Shown one piece after another: positions 1-9,986 of a stretch of 64,000 nt of DNA. Below the pieces are notes generated by a model, which was given only the letters and a program-made list of their open reading frames with translations, had not been told where the DNA came from and ran no database searches. The stretch is from the NCBI GenBank assembly GCA_046314755.1, contig JBKDBG010000017.1, positions 7,626-71,625 of the forward strand, written 5' to 3'. A program made the translations under genes and the position numbers. The stretch comes from Bacteroidota bacterium. Its GTDB lineage: Bacteria > Bacteroidota > Bacteroidia > UKL13-3. Each line of letters opens with the position of its first letter. Positions within the stretch are counted from its first letter, which is position 1.

Positions 1-798
1 CCTCCTAATTCAAGCAAGGTTTTTCCTAAACGAGCGCCAACTGCTTGGGCAACAATTTTTCCCATTCGAATAGAACCTGTTGCTGAAATTAAGGGCACTC
101 TTTCATCCATTGTCATCCACTCACCAACTTTATAATCACCATTAATTAAGCTGAAAACACCTTCCGGTAAATCATTTTGTTTTAACACTTGAGCCATTAG
201 GTTTTGACAAGCAATGGCGCTAAGCGGAGTTTTTTCTGATGGTTTCCACACACAAACATCCCCACAAACTGCAGCAATCATGCTATTCCAACTCCATACG
301 GCTACCGGAAAGTTAAAGGCAGATATAATTCCTACCACACCAATCGGGTGCCATTGCTCATACATGCGATGATCAGGGCGTTCGCTATGCATGGTTAAGC
401 CATACAGTTGACGCGACAAACCCACAGCAAAATCACAGATATCAATCATTTCTTGCACTTCACCCAAACCCTCTTGCAAACTTTTACCCATTTCATAACT
501 CACCAATTTGCCCAGAGGCTCTTTGTATTCGCGCAATAAATTTCCGTATTGGCGCACAATTTCACCTCGCTTTGGGGCAGGCAGTTTTCTCCAAGATACG
601 AATGCCGCTTGAGCAGCTTTTATTACGCGCTCATATTCACCTTGGGTGGTATATTTTACTTTGCCAATCAGCGCACCGTCAACGGGTGAATAAACTTCTT
701 TTACCGTAGCGTTATCTGTACTGAAATGTTGTTGTCCCGTTGAGGTGCCATGATTAATGGCGTTGAGTTGCAATTGTTCAAGAATCTGTTGAATCATA
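1..798 (-). CDS. ALDH7-family aldehyde dehydrogenase (alpha-aminoadipic semialdehyde / piperideine-6-carboxylate dehydrogenase-like). Only the N-terminal part is in the window; the gene continues past position 1.
   Basis: Reverse-complement translation from the ATG at 796-798 gives MIQQILEQLQLNAINHGTSTGQQ...LPAPKRGEIVRQYGNLLREYKEPLGKLVSYEMGKSLQEGLGEVQEMIDICDFAVGLSRQL...FNFPVAVWSWN...VCVWKPSEKTP. This matches the antiquitin/ALDH7 N-terminus as I remember it (IPAPKRGEIVRQ, EMGK, GEVQE, DICDYAVGLSR). It is not in the ORF track because no stop codon falls inside the window. Confidence 0.8.
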
Positions 799-876
799 AA
801 TGGTTGAAATATTATGCAACAAAGGTAGGTATTTGGGTGAAAGTGTAGCTTATTCAGTACGCATATTTATTTTATT

Positions 877-3366
877 ATGTTCGATACTTATTTGGTTTTC
901 ATTACAATTTGTATATTTAACCAAAAATTAAACCACTTGAAAAACCCTTGCCTAAAATTATTGACAACAATTTTGTTGTTGTTTAGTACGCACATTGCGC
1001 TATCGCAAGATGTTGACATTGACTCATTAAACAGCGCATTACTGAATCATATCAATACCCAACGACAAACCGGTGGTGTTGAAGAAGTATTGAGCACACA
1101 AGTGTTAGAAAATGCCGCTCAAGACCAAGCCAATTATTGTGCAGAATTAAAAGCAGAAACCAACACCCAAAAAGAATTAAAGAAGAGCAATGCTTCGCTT
1201 CGTGTTACTTTTTATGGAGGAATAAAAGATGGTGTACCACAGGAAATTATTTTCGGTGAATCGATTAAAAACTCAAAGGGAATAGAATTGAGCACGGGAG
1301 ATTTATTGACCAAACTGATTAAAAAGCTGGATAAAACTGCCTTCAAAAAAATATATACCCGTCCCGATTTGTATTATGCAGGAATTCGAGGGTCATTTGA
1401 CCCAATTAGTGGAAAGGTTTATTTCTGTATTTTGTTTGGCGACATTAATATCATTAACAACACAGCTGCACACAGTAAAGAGTTAGATAAAAATTACACG
1501 GTAAAAACACATGCATTTCATTGGTGGCTTAGAAGAACCGGGTGTAAAATAAACTGTATTTTCGGAAAGTGTGATGAAGGAACTGTTTGTAATGCCTATG
1601 ATGATTTAAAAGAACTGTACAGCAAGGTTGATTTAGACAAGGGGTTTTACATAAAAGACAAAAAATTATTCTTGCGTGAGGAGTATAAAAAGTACTTTAT
1701 CAGTGAGGATCGAAATACCACCAAGTTAATTGCAGATAAAAACGACCGCTTGTTGATTTACATTATTGAAAAATCACAATTCCCATGCAACACTTCTTAC
1801 AATATTTCTGTAGGGGCAAGCACACAAGCCGGACTTGAAATTGGATTACGCCCCGTAACCCTAGCTCAATTAACAGCTAAAGGAGACTTAGCTGTTGACA
1901 AACTACCTGTAGGTTTTTCAGAGAATTTTGAAATTGGTATTAAAGTAGTGAAGTATTGTGATGAAAAAGTTAAATGCGAGGTTTATAATTTTTACGACAA
2001 ACTCAATCGACTAAAACCTTATTTCACACCGGTATCGTTTGAAACACTTCCATTGTTATTAGATACCCAAACAGCTAAAACACCGGAACCTTTTATTGAG
2101 GTAAAAACTTTAAACTGGACCATTCCGTTTGAGCGCAATAAATTTGATTACAAACAAGCAGATATTGCTCCTTTTATCGACAGCTTATCAGAACCAAAAT
2201 TTATTATCCAAGAAATTAAAATTACTGCCTATTCATCCATAGAAGGGGATTCGGTTAAAAATGCGGAACTTCAACAAAAACGTGCCTCAAGTATTGTTAA
2301 AGTATTGGAGCAACAGCAGGCAGGTACCAAAATTAAATACACGGTTAAACAAGGAAACGCTTGGGATATTTTTCGTAAACAAATTTTATTAACTAATTAT
2401 TATTACTTAGCCGACAGTAATCAAGCTTATGTTCGTCAACGATTAAACAGTGATACTTCTTTGCTTAAAAAGGTAGAGCACTTATTAGATCAAGAACGAT
2501 TTGCGACTATTGAAATGCGCGTTGCTTTTGATTTAAAAAAACTAAGTGAGGAAGATTACTGGATTTACAGAATACAAAAAGCGTTGGAAAAAAAAGACCT
2601 CAAACGTGCTTTAAACAATCAAACTGCTTTGATTAAACTATACGAACAAGGTAAAGTAAAATATGAAAAGTTGATGGCGCTGGAAATTCCGAACGACAAA
2701 AAATACATCGCCCTGCTCAACAACAAATATTATTACATTAAAGATATAAAAGAGCAGTTAAGCAAGTTTGAAGAGCTCAGAAATTTAGACCCGAACAACC
2801 CGATTATTAAGTATAATTATTTGGCCATCAAACTAAATGCCGTTAACAATTTAACTGCTGATGCACGAAGAGAGGAATTACAAATTCTGTCTTCCCTATT
2901 TGGGCAACTTACCGCAACAGCCATTCCGGTTAAATTGTATAACACCCTAAGATCAAGATTTCACCCGATTGTTAATGACAACAGAAAGTCGAAAAAAGCC
3001 GAGTCGTACAGCAATATCAAGGATTTATCAAAGAACAGCCCGGTATTGGAATCCATCTTTTTGGCTGATTATTATGCCGAGCAAAAACGATTTGATTTAG
3101 CAGCACAAATTTTATTTGATCATTACAACGAAATAAGCAATGATGATGCTGCCTTATGCAAAGAGTATTGTTTACGCATGTTATATTACGGAAAAGCAAG
3201 CAAGCTTGAGGCTTTTGACAAATTGTATTACAATGTGTTTAAGAAATTACAAGCAACAAACCCGGCTGTTTTTTGTGAGTTGTTTGATCAATCAAAAGTA
3301 TCGTTTAAGTTCTTTGAAAATTTACACATCAAAAAACTTTATTGTGATGCCTGCGGAAGCAAGTAG
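877..3366 (+). CDS. Hypothetical secreted multi-domain protein with an N-terminal CAP/SCP/PR1-like (YkwD-like) domain, a Cys-rich segment, a degenerate OmpA-like segment and a helical-repeat C-terminal region
   Basis: An 829-aa ORF. The signal-peptide-like stretch KLLTTILLLFSTHIALSQ has no Met just before it, so the real start may be the TTG at 937-939. LNSALLNHINTQRQTGGVEEVL...ENAAQDQANYCA follows the CAP-domain pattern. ITAYSSIEGDSVKNAELQQKRASSIVKVL resembles the OmpA-C-like motif. The function is unknown. Confidence 0.6.
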   Translation: MFDTYLVFITICIFNQKLNHLKNPCLKLLTTILLLFSTHIALSQDVDIDSLNSALLNHINTQRQTGGVEEVLSTQVLENAAQDQANYCAELKAETNTQKELKKSNASLRVTFYGGIKDGVPQEIIFGESIKNSKGIELSTGDLLTKLIKKLDKTAFKKIYTRPDLYYAGIRGSFDPISGKVYFCILFGDINIINNTAAHSKELDKNYTVKTHAFHWWLRRTGCKINCIFGKCDEGTVCNAYDDLKELYSKVDLDKGFYIKDKKLFLREEYKKYFISEDRNTTKLIADKNDRLLIYIIEKSQFPCNTSYNISVGASTQAGLEIGLRPVTLAQLTAKGDLAVDKLPVGFSENFEIGIKVVKYCDEKVKCEVYNFYDKLNRLKPYFTPVSFETLPLLLDTQTAKTPEPFIEVKTLNWTIPFERNKFDYKQADIAPFIDSLSEPKFIIQEIKITAYSSIEGDSVKNAELQQKRASSIVKVLEQQQAGTKIKYTVKQGNAWDIFRKQILLTNYYYLADSNQAYVRQRLNSDTSLLKKVEHLLDQERFATIEMRVAFDLKKLSEEDYWIYRIQKALEKKDLKRALNNQTALIKLYEQGKVKYEKLMALEIPNDKKYIALLNNKYYYIKDIKEQLSKFEELRNLDPNNPIIKYNYLAIKLNAVNNLTADARREELQILSSLFGQLTATAIPVKLYNTLRSRFHPIVNDNRKSKKAESYSNIKDLSKNSPVLESIFLADYYAEQKRFDLAAQILFDHYNEISNDDAALCKEYCLRMLYYGKASKLEAFDKLYYNVFKKLQATNPAVFCELFDQSKVSFKFFENLHIKKLYCDACGSK

Positions 3367-3367
3367 T

Positions 3368-6300
3368 TTAGTTACCAAGTGACCTGGCTAACTTAATTGG
3401 GTTCAAATTATTTAGCCTTAAGGTAAAAGTTATTCTTTGCAAATAACTGTTATGAAAAACATCCCAATTATTGGTTGTAAGTTGATCGGCAAATAGCGGA
3501 AAGTTCACTTGAAAAACATCATCAATCGCCCAAATGCTTAAACCTGTTACATAATAAATGGTTGCTTCATAAATTGTAACACTTGTTCCTGTATTGGCAT
3601 TGGTTTGGGTTGTTTTGCTGTTAACCGCAGCAGCATCAACAAATACACGTATAGGTAATATACCCGGAATTGATGAGGTAAAGTTAGCCGTTAACAACCA
3701 ACTATCAGTTGCGGCCAAGCTTTGCGCATAAGCCCTAAAACCTGAAGTACCCGGCATAATTTGCTGGGTAAATAAGTTGCTTACATTTCCCCTTCCAAAT
3801 TGCGATTCATCATACAAATAATCGTAATAACCATTGTTTTCTGCCAAACGGAACAACACACGCTCATCCTTACCCGACTCCGGTTTGGTTAAAAACGTTC
3901 CCCCGAATACACGAACATTTAACCCTTTGTTTCTTTCACCATAATCAATAGCAGTATTATATTCTGCCCATATCTTTTGAAAAGAACTTTGCGCTTGTCC
4001 GTATTGATAATGAACACTCCAACTTGTGGGATTTAACTTTCGCTTTTGGGTTGAAGTAAAACGAATATCGGTATAGGCAAATGCTTTATCAAAATCACTC
4101 AACAAGGCGCGTGTAAACCTGTTTTCTTGCACCAATACATAACGAATATCCAATTGGTTTTTAGCATCGGTACGTGGTTGTTTTTGATTGAAAATAAAGG
4201 TTATGCGTGGTGCAACTTTCTCATAAGATTTCAAACGATTATCTAAGTCAATGCCACTTCCTGTATATACTCCGTTGCTGTCAAAAAAGTCTTTTGCAAT
4301 ATCACCTTGTAAAGCAAAACGCGCACCCTCTATACCTACTTGTATCTCTCTAAAATAGGCTTGAGGAAAAAAGCGATGCTGTAAGCTAAACGATCCGGTT
4401 AAATCTTTTGTGCCAAAAGCAAACATTGGTGCGACCCAAAATTCAGTATTTTTTCGAGGAAGCATACTGTTATAGAACGCAACACCCAACATGGTTTTGT
4501 TGTACATGTTTGCCCCAATAATAGGGCTGTAGAATATTTGGGTTTTATTCGGCTTTTCGAGATTAACAACAGGAGAAAACTCAAGCGGCATAAGCGTTTT
4601 AAACAATCCCTTAGTTCGTGCATAGTTGTTTCCTCGGTAAACATCCAACGATTGTTCAAGGGCATCTATTCGAATATTCGAGATGTTTTTACCGTAAAAA
4701 CTTATAGATTGTTCTTTTTTAAATCCTGCCAATTTTTGCTCTGCAACCAAAGAGGAATCCGCAAATGCTTGTACATAAACCGGAGCCAAAACACCGCCCT
4801 TATTTTTTAATTTTACATGAACACTATCTCCGCTTTTTTGAACCTTACAAATGGCTACGTCAGGTATTTTTGACGAACCCATCAAATCATCAAAAAACCA
4901 ACTTAAATCTTCTCCGGTAAATGTTTTTGCATGATCCATAAAATCTCCGGGAAGCGGATGTTTAAATTTCCATCTTTCGTAATAGCTTTTCATCATCGCA
5001 TCAAATCTTTCGGTGCCTAAATGTTGTTGCAATTGTAAAAATGCCAATGAAGCCTTACTATAAATGATGGTACCATAGTTTAATGAAGTAAATGCTTCCG
5101 AATTTAACAATGAAGGTTGATCGGTTCGATTACGTGCACTTACCAAGTATTGCAACTGTAACAAACCGAATGATGATTCCGTTAACTGTTCAATAGAAAA
5201 TGATTTTGTTTTTTTGAGATTTGCTAGGCCCGGATGCTTGGTAAATAAAGGCTTGTAGGTGCTTCTTGCTTCATAATAGGTGTTGATACTTTCATCCATC
5301 CATGGATAACTACGCTCGTTGCTGCCTAAAATACCATAAAACCAATTGTGTCCAAGTTCATGTACAATTACTTGCCTTGACACTTCTGTAATATTGGTGA
5401 TAGTTGGGTATTCCATACCTCCACCAGCTTTTAAAGGAGTAACCACAACTGTAGCATGCGCATAAGGATAATTGCCTACATTTTTACTGTAAAATTGAAC
5501 AGCAGAATCTACCCAATGCACAACAGATTCTTTCGGACAAACTTGATAGACCCATGTCATCACTTTATGCCCATTATCCAATTGCACCTCATGGCGTTCT
5601 ATTTGAAATCTTTTATCGGCAAACCAGGCGAAATCATGCACACTGTCTTGCACAAAATGTAAAGTTTTTGTGTTGGAAGAAGAGGCAGGAAATTGAGTGT
5701 TGCAACTAGGGACATTTTCAAAATTTTTGTTGCTCAATTCAAACAGTTTATTCCATTCATCCTCGTTTTGCAGGTTACCTGTTGCTGCCACTAAATAATT
5801 TTCAGGTAATGTAATATTCACCTCAAATCGGCCAAACTCGCTGTAAAACTCACCTTGGTCCAAATAAGGCATAGGGTTCCATCCATTCACATCATAAACA
5901 GCAGGCTTTGGGTACCATTGGGTAATGCAATATTGTTGACCATTGTGGCCCAGTCGTGAAAACACTTCCGGAATTTTAACCCTAAAACTGGTAGTAATCA
6001 TTATTTGTTCACCGGGGTTTAGTGGTTTGTTTAATGTAAGTTTTATGATTTCATAACCATTCACAAAGGCGGTTTTTACTTTTTCGCCATTTATCTTGAA
6101 GTTTAAAGAATCAATTCGACCTCTTTGATCATCCTTAGCATAATAAAAATCCATGTTGCCGTTTTCTACTTGTTGTTTCGCAAATGGGGTTTCATTGTTT
6201 AAGTAGGCGTTAGGCCAAAGGTGAAAGAAAATTTCTTTAAGTGTATCCGGTGAATTGTTATAATAACGTAAGTCTTCAAAACCATGCAATACATGTTTGA

Positions 6301-6424
6301 TATCATCCAACCGAACATCTATAGTGTAATCAACCCTTTGTTGCCAAGGGGCTTGACGAATGAGTTGAGCCTGAGCAGCGATAAAACCTACACAAAACAA
6401 TAAAACACCAAGTATTTTTCTCAT
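3368..6424 (-). CDS. M1-family zinc metallopeptidase (aminopeptidase N-like) with a signal peptide and a long C-terminal extension
   Basis: A 1018-aa ORF. The N-terminal signal peptide is MRKILGVLLFCVGFIAAQAQ. The gluzincin motif is VHELGHNWFYGILGSNERSYPWMDESINTYYE (HEXXH followed by a downstream E). The roughly 450-aa C-terminal region has no recognisable family. Confidence 0.85.
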   Translation of the reverse strand: MRKILGVLLFCVGFIAAQAQLIRQAPWQQRVDYTIDVRLDDIKHVLHGFEDLRYYNNSPDTLKEIFFHLWPNAYLNNETPFAKQQVENGNMDFYYAKDDQRGRIDSLNFKINGEKVKTAFVNGYEIIKLTLNKPLNPGEQIMITTSFRVKIPEVFSRLGHNGQQYCITQWYPKPAVYDVNGWNPMPYLDQGEFYSEFGRFEVNITLPENYLVAATGNLQNEDEWNKLFELSNKNFENVPSCNTQFPASSSNTKTLHFVQDSVHDFAWFADKRFQIERHEVQLDNGHKVMTWVYQVCPKESVVHWVDSAVQFYSKNVGNYPYAHATVVVTPLKAGGGMEYPTITNITEVSRQVIVHELGHNWFYGILGSNERSYPWMDESINTYYEARSTYKPLFTKHPGLANLKKTKSFSIEQLTESSFGLLQLQYLVSARNRTDQPSLLNSEAFTSLNYGTIIYSKASLAFLQLQQHLGTERFDAMMKSYYERWKFKHPLPGDFMDHAKTFTGEDLSWFFDDLMGSSKIPDVAICKVQKSGDSVHVKLKNKGGVLAPVYVQAFADSSLVAEQKLAGFKKEQSISFYGKNISNIRIDALEQSLDVYRGNNYARTKGLFKTLMPLEFSPVVNLEKPNKTQIFYSPIIGANMYNKTMLGVAFYNSMLPRKNTEFWVAPMFAFGTKDLTGSFSLQHRFFPQAYFREIQVGIEGARFALQGDIAKDFFDSNGVYTGSGIDLDNRLKSYEKVAPRITFIFNQKQPRTDAKNQLDIRYVLVQENRFTRALLSDFDKAFAYTDIRFTSTQKRKLNPTSWSVHYQYGQAQSSFQKIWAEYNTAIDYGERNKGLNVRVFGGTFLTKPESGKDERVLFRLAENNGYYDYLYDESQFGRGNVSNLFTQQIMPGTSGFRAYAQSLAATDSWLLTANFTSSIPGILPIRVFVDAAAVNSKTTQTNANTGTSVTIYEATIYYVTGLSIWAIDDVFQVNFPLFADQLTTNNWDVFHNSYLQRITFTLRLNNLNPIKLARSLGN

Positions 6425-6521
6425 GTGCGCAATATACTTTAAAAGCCATTTTTTAAATATGGTTTTTAATAAACGGTGGTTTTACGAGGTTGTTGTGTTG
6501 AACGGAGGGTTAGGGAATGTG

Positions 6522-9500
6522 TTACCTTCTGTTTTTAAGTTGCTCAGCCTCTTGCAGCGTAACCCTGCGTCCGTTGTAGTAAGCACTAATAAAGGCATCA
6601 TTAAAGCCGAGCGAGCTTAATAAACGTAAGGTAGCGATACAATCGGCTTCGTTATTAAACTGACCACTTAAAACCCGCACAAAATCATTGTCAATAATTT
6701 CGTACATAATATCCGGTATTCCTCTAAACGCCTCTGGGTTTAGCGGTTTTCTAAATGCGCCTAGCTGAACGGTATACACCAATTCGCGAACATTGTTTAC
6801 GTCAATTTTATCTTTTAAGAAATTATCAAGGGCCTTATCGGTAATCACCGGCCTTGCCCTTCTTACAATAATTGGTTCATCTGGAATTACAACAGGTGGT
6901 GTATTAGTATTGGGTTGAAGGTTGCTCTGAGTGGCCGATTTATTGAGAGATGAAGCCGTATCTATAATTGCCCCGGATGAAGAGAACCTTTTAACACTCA
7001 CTTTTCTCCTCTTTTCAACAATGTTAAATGTCACAAAAATGCTTTCTACATCTTTATCTATTTTTACCTGAATATTGTTTTGCAATAAGGTATATCGATT
7101 ACCCAAAACCTTTTCATCAAAAATAATTTTGTAATCACCATAAGGAGCATAAAAAACAAATGACCCATCGTTCTCTGTAAGCGTATGAATTTCTTTTCCG
7201 TTCTGCGCAGTAATTTTTATCCCACCCAATTCGGGCAGAAACGAAATTTTCTCCGAAAGCACATCTTTATCAACGTGCACCTTGCCATAAATTTTCACCC
7301 CCTTTACAAAAGGCACTGCTACATATTCCTTGTCTAAATAATTTTTAGCCACCAAAATGGTATCCGCAACATTCGGAAAATACCCATTTAACTCTTCCAA
7401 ACTAAACGCTCCAAATTCGTACAAACCACCCGGCATATTTATCAATTTTGCTCTTCCTTTCTCATTGGTAAGCACGTCCCATCCGTTTACTCTTATCACA
7501 ATATTTTCAAGCAAATACTCATCATTATCTTTTACATGATTTCCATTCACATCAACAAAGGCAATAAAATTAGCGGTATAATATCTGCTATTTGAAAACG
7601 GATTTTTTATGCCAAATACTTTTCGAATACCAACATTTGCCATAACATTTTGTGAACTTGTTACGCCTGATTCCTCAGAAACGCCAGTAAGGCCCGACTG
7701 ATTAAAAAACACTACGTTGTTGTTGTTCTTCGTAAAATAGTATCCGAGTTGTAACCTAAAGCGCCAATTATTATCAGTGTAATAATTTAACTCCGGCATA
7801 TAGCTAAACGTTTGGCGCTCATTTTGGCTATAATAAGTGTAGCCTACAAACTGTTGCAAGATAAAATGTGTGTTTCTAAATTGGTATTGGTGATTTAGTG
7901 CGGCAGAAAAAATTTGTGGAGTAACAATAACCGGAGTATTGCCAAGACTAACTGTTCCAATATTGCCATATGCATATCTAATATTAGCCGAGTAAGTTCT
8001 ATATCTGGCCATGCTAAAAAACTGTACAAAGAAATAATCTCTTTGCGGAGTAAGAAACAGCGGACGGTTATATCCTGCCAGCAATGATGCTGAAACCAGC
8101 TGGTTCTTTTCGTAATCAAAACTACCCACATTAAAACTAACCCCTCTGGAATGAACCTCTTTTAAATTCACACTTGAGATGTTATAAAATCCGCCCGTAG
8201 AGAAGAAGGCTTGGCCAACATTTTTATTTACCGATACCTGATTATTGACATTTAAATAGCGATTGGTTGGAAGAAACACATTTCCTGTAAAGATATCGCT
8301 GCGTTGATTGTAGTTATGAATAAGCGTAATGGTTGTTTTCTCATTGTATTTGAAATAAATATTGGCATTTCCTATGTAGGTTTCTCCATCGTTTTGAAAA
8401 GATGATTTAGGAGAGAAATAAGAAAAGGAAAGATTAGATGTTAAGTTGTTTTTTCTTAAAAAAGTACCGGAGTGATTTACTCGAGCCAAATAGCCGGAGT
8501 TAGATGGCCCTGCAGAAGGGATATGATTTGCAATAATGATTCCAAATGAAATACTTTGCGTAGAGCCAAACCCTTGACTCATACTTAATCCATAGTAATC
8601 AGTTATAAAATTCGCACTCAACTGATTTGATCTGGTAAATCCGGAACTGATTTGTGTTCGTTTTAATCGAATGTTGTGAGATACACCATAGCCTTCTGAA
8701 GAATATCCTAATACGTTAGGGCCACCAAAAAGTAGTAATGGATTTTTGGTATAAAAACCACCAATACTTTGTGTTTTTGATATTCGATACATGCCACCTA
8801 TACCTCTTCCGGGAACGGCAAAAGTAGCATTGCTTTCGGGCGCACCACCAATATCTCCTGTAATAATGGAGTACTTTTTATCATACAATCCAACAAAAAA
8901 GCTCGAGTACCTTAAGTAATTATCTGTGTAATAATTCGTGCTGAAATTGGTTTGGAATTGATACATTAAATTAGCACCGTTATCCAACATGGTATTGCCT
9001 CTTAATAACACATTCACAAGAGGAGATCCGGTTGCCAAACTGTTAATATTTGCGTCTAAAATAAGTGGAAAATAAGCATAACCGAATGGTGTTATTTTTA
9101 CTTCGTTCCCCAACCGAACAAAGTCAACCTTTTTGCTTTTTTGTAAAGCACGGCTTCCAAGAGCCTTCGACTCACTTGTTTTTATATAAATAGAGTAGGT
9201 TTTAGTTTCGTCTTCAGTTATTGGGCGATGTGATTCTGTATCAATAAAACGCAAATTTCTTACACCTTCTACCGTACTAACCATATAATGAAACATCGTA
9301 TCGCCTCCAACGCCTAAATTAATATCTTTAAATGTGTTGGAAACAATTTTTCCTGAAGTATCGGTTACAGAAAGTTGTGCCCTATAATTTTCTACAGAAA
9401 CGGAAAGCGGCTGTTCTTCATTTCCTAAGTTGAACACGCCAAAGCTTAAGTCTGTGGTGGTTTGTTTGTTTTTGAAATATATTTTTCCGGGATTGAGCAA

Positions 9501-9983
9501 GTTAATATCCCAATTCCCTATTCGTTTACGATAGGCGAAGAAACTGGATGTTCCAATTACATTACCCGATTCCTCACTTACGTATATGGTGATTAGATAT
9601 TTAGTGTTTCCTTTGATTTTTCCTTGGGGAATTATGTTAACCGGAAGGTATAATTCTTCTTGTGGGCCAATGGTATAAGTTCTTTCAGAAAAGGCGGTTC
9701 TTTTCCACTCGGGAGGAGCTGAAACAGATATTTTAATTCTTCGTTCAGTCCCTTCTAGGTTTAATAATATGATGGTTTTAGAAATGGGTTCTCCAGGTAT
9801 AATTTGTTCCGTGGTATCATCCATAAAAAAAGCTACCAATGTGGTGCTTGACTGTTTAAATAATTTATTATTGATAAGGGTATCACTTGTTTGAGCGCTT
9901 ACCGTATGGTAAACAAACAAACAACTGCACCAAATGATGAGTTGTAAAAGAAGATTGCGATATGAGGTTAGGGGGTGGGTCAA
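6522..9983 (-). CDS. Large outer-membrane protein with usher-like architecture: signal peptide, an N-terminal beta-sandwich region, a roughly 650-aa Y/F/G-rich beta-barrel-like core, two carboxypeptidase-regulatory-like Ig domains, an S/T/N/P linker and a C-terminal SPOR domain
   Basis: A 1153-aa ORF with signal peptide ...FVYHTVSAQ. The middle region is dominated by alternating aromatic/small-residue beta-strand patterns (for example FSYFSPKSSFQNDGETYIGNANIYFKYNE). IKITAQNGKEIHTLTENDGSFVFYAPYGDYKIIF fits the CarboxypepD_reg-like pattern. The C-terminus VYTVQLGAFRKPLNPEAFRGIPDIMYEIIDNDFVRVLSGQFNNEADCIATLRLL fits a SPOR repeat. The usher assignment is an inference from domain order and not from recognised sequence identity. 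Confidence 0.65.
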   Translation of the reverse strand: MTHPLTSYRNLLLQLIIWCSCLFVYHTVSAQTSDTLINNKLFKQSSTTLVAFFMDDTTEQIIPGEPISKTIILLNLEGTERRIKISVSAPPEWKRTAFSERTYTIGPQEELYLPVNIIPQGKIKGNTKYLITIYVSEESGNVIGTSSFFAYRKRIGNWDINLLNPGKIYFKNKQTTTDLSFGVFNLGNEEQPLSVSVENYRAQLSVTDTSGKIVSNTFKDINLGVGGDTMFHYMVSTVEGVRNLRFIDTESHRPITEDETKTYSIYIKTSESKALGSRALQKSKKVDFVRLGNEVKITPFGYAYFPLILDANINSLATGSPLVNVLLRGNTMLDNGANLMYQFQTNFSTNYYTDNYLRYSSFFVGLYDKKYSIITGDIGGAPESNATFAVPGRGIGGMYRISKTQSIGGFYTKNPLLLFGGPNVLGYSSEGYGVSHNIRLKRTQISSGFTRSNQLSANFITDYYGLSMSQGFGSTQSISFGIIIANHIPSAGPSNSGYLARVNHSGTFLRKNNLTSNLSFSYFSPKSSFQNDGETYIGNANIYFKYNEKTTITLIHNYNQRSDIFTGNVFLPTNRYLNVNNQVSVNKNVGQAFFSTGGFYNISSVNLKEVHSRGVSFNVGSFDYEKNQLVSASLLAGYNRPLFLTPQRDYFFVQFFSMARYRTYSANIRYAYGNIGTVSLGNTPVIVTPQIFSAALNHQYQFRNTHFILQQFVGYTYYSQNERQTFSYMPELNYYTDNNWRFRLQLGYYFTKNNNNVVFFNQSGLTGVSEESGVTSSQNVMANVGIRKVFGIKNPFSNSRYYTANFIAFVDVNGNHVKDNDEYLLENIVIRVNGWDVLTNEKGRAKLINMPGGLYEFGAFSLEELNGYFPNVADTILVAKNYLDKEYVAVPFVKGVKIYGKVHVDKDVLSEKISFLPELGGIKITAQNGKEIHTLTENDGSFVFYAPYGDYKIIFDEKVLGNRYTLLQNNIQVKIDKDVESIFVTFNIVEKRRKVSVKRFSSSGAIIDTASSLNKSATQSNLQPNTNTPPVVIPDEPIIVRRARPVITDKALDNFLKDKIDVNNVRELVYTVQLGAFRKPLNPEAFRGIPDIMYEIIDNDFVRVLSGQFNNEADCIATLRLLSSLGFNDAFISAYYNGRRVTLQEAEQLKNRR

Positions 9984-9986
9984 ATA

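Noticed and set aside
3364-3370. Possible regulatory or overlap feature at the 1-nt convergent junction of the 829-aa and 1018-aa genes
   Set aside because: There is no hairpin or motif. It is most likely an over-extended C-terminus or an ordinary tight convergence and cannot be resolved without expression data.
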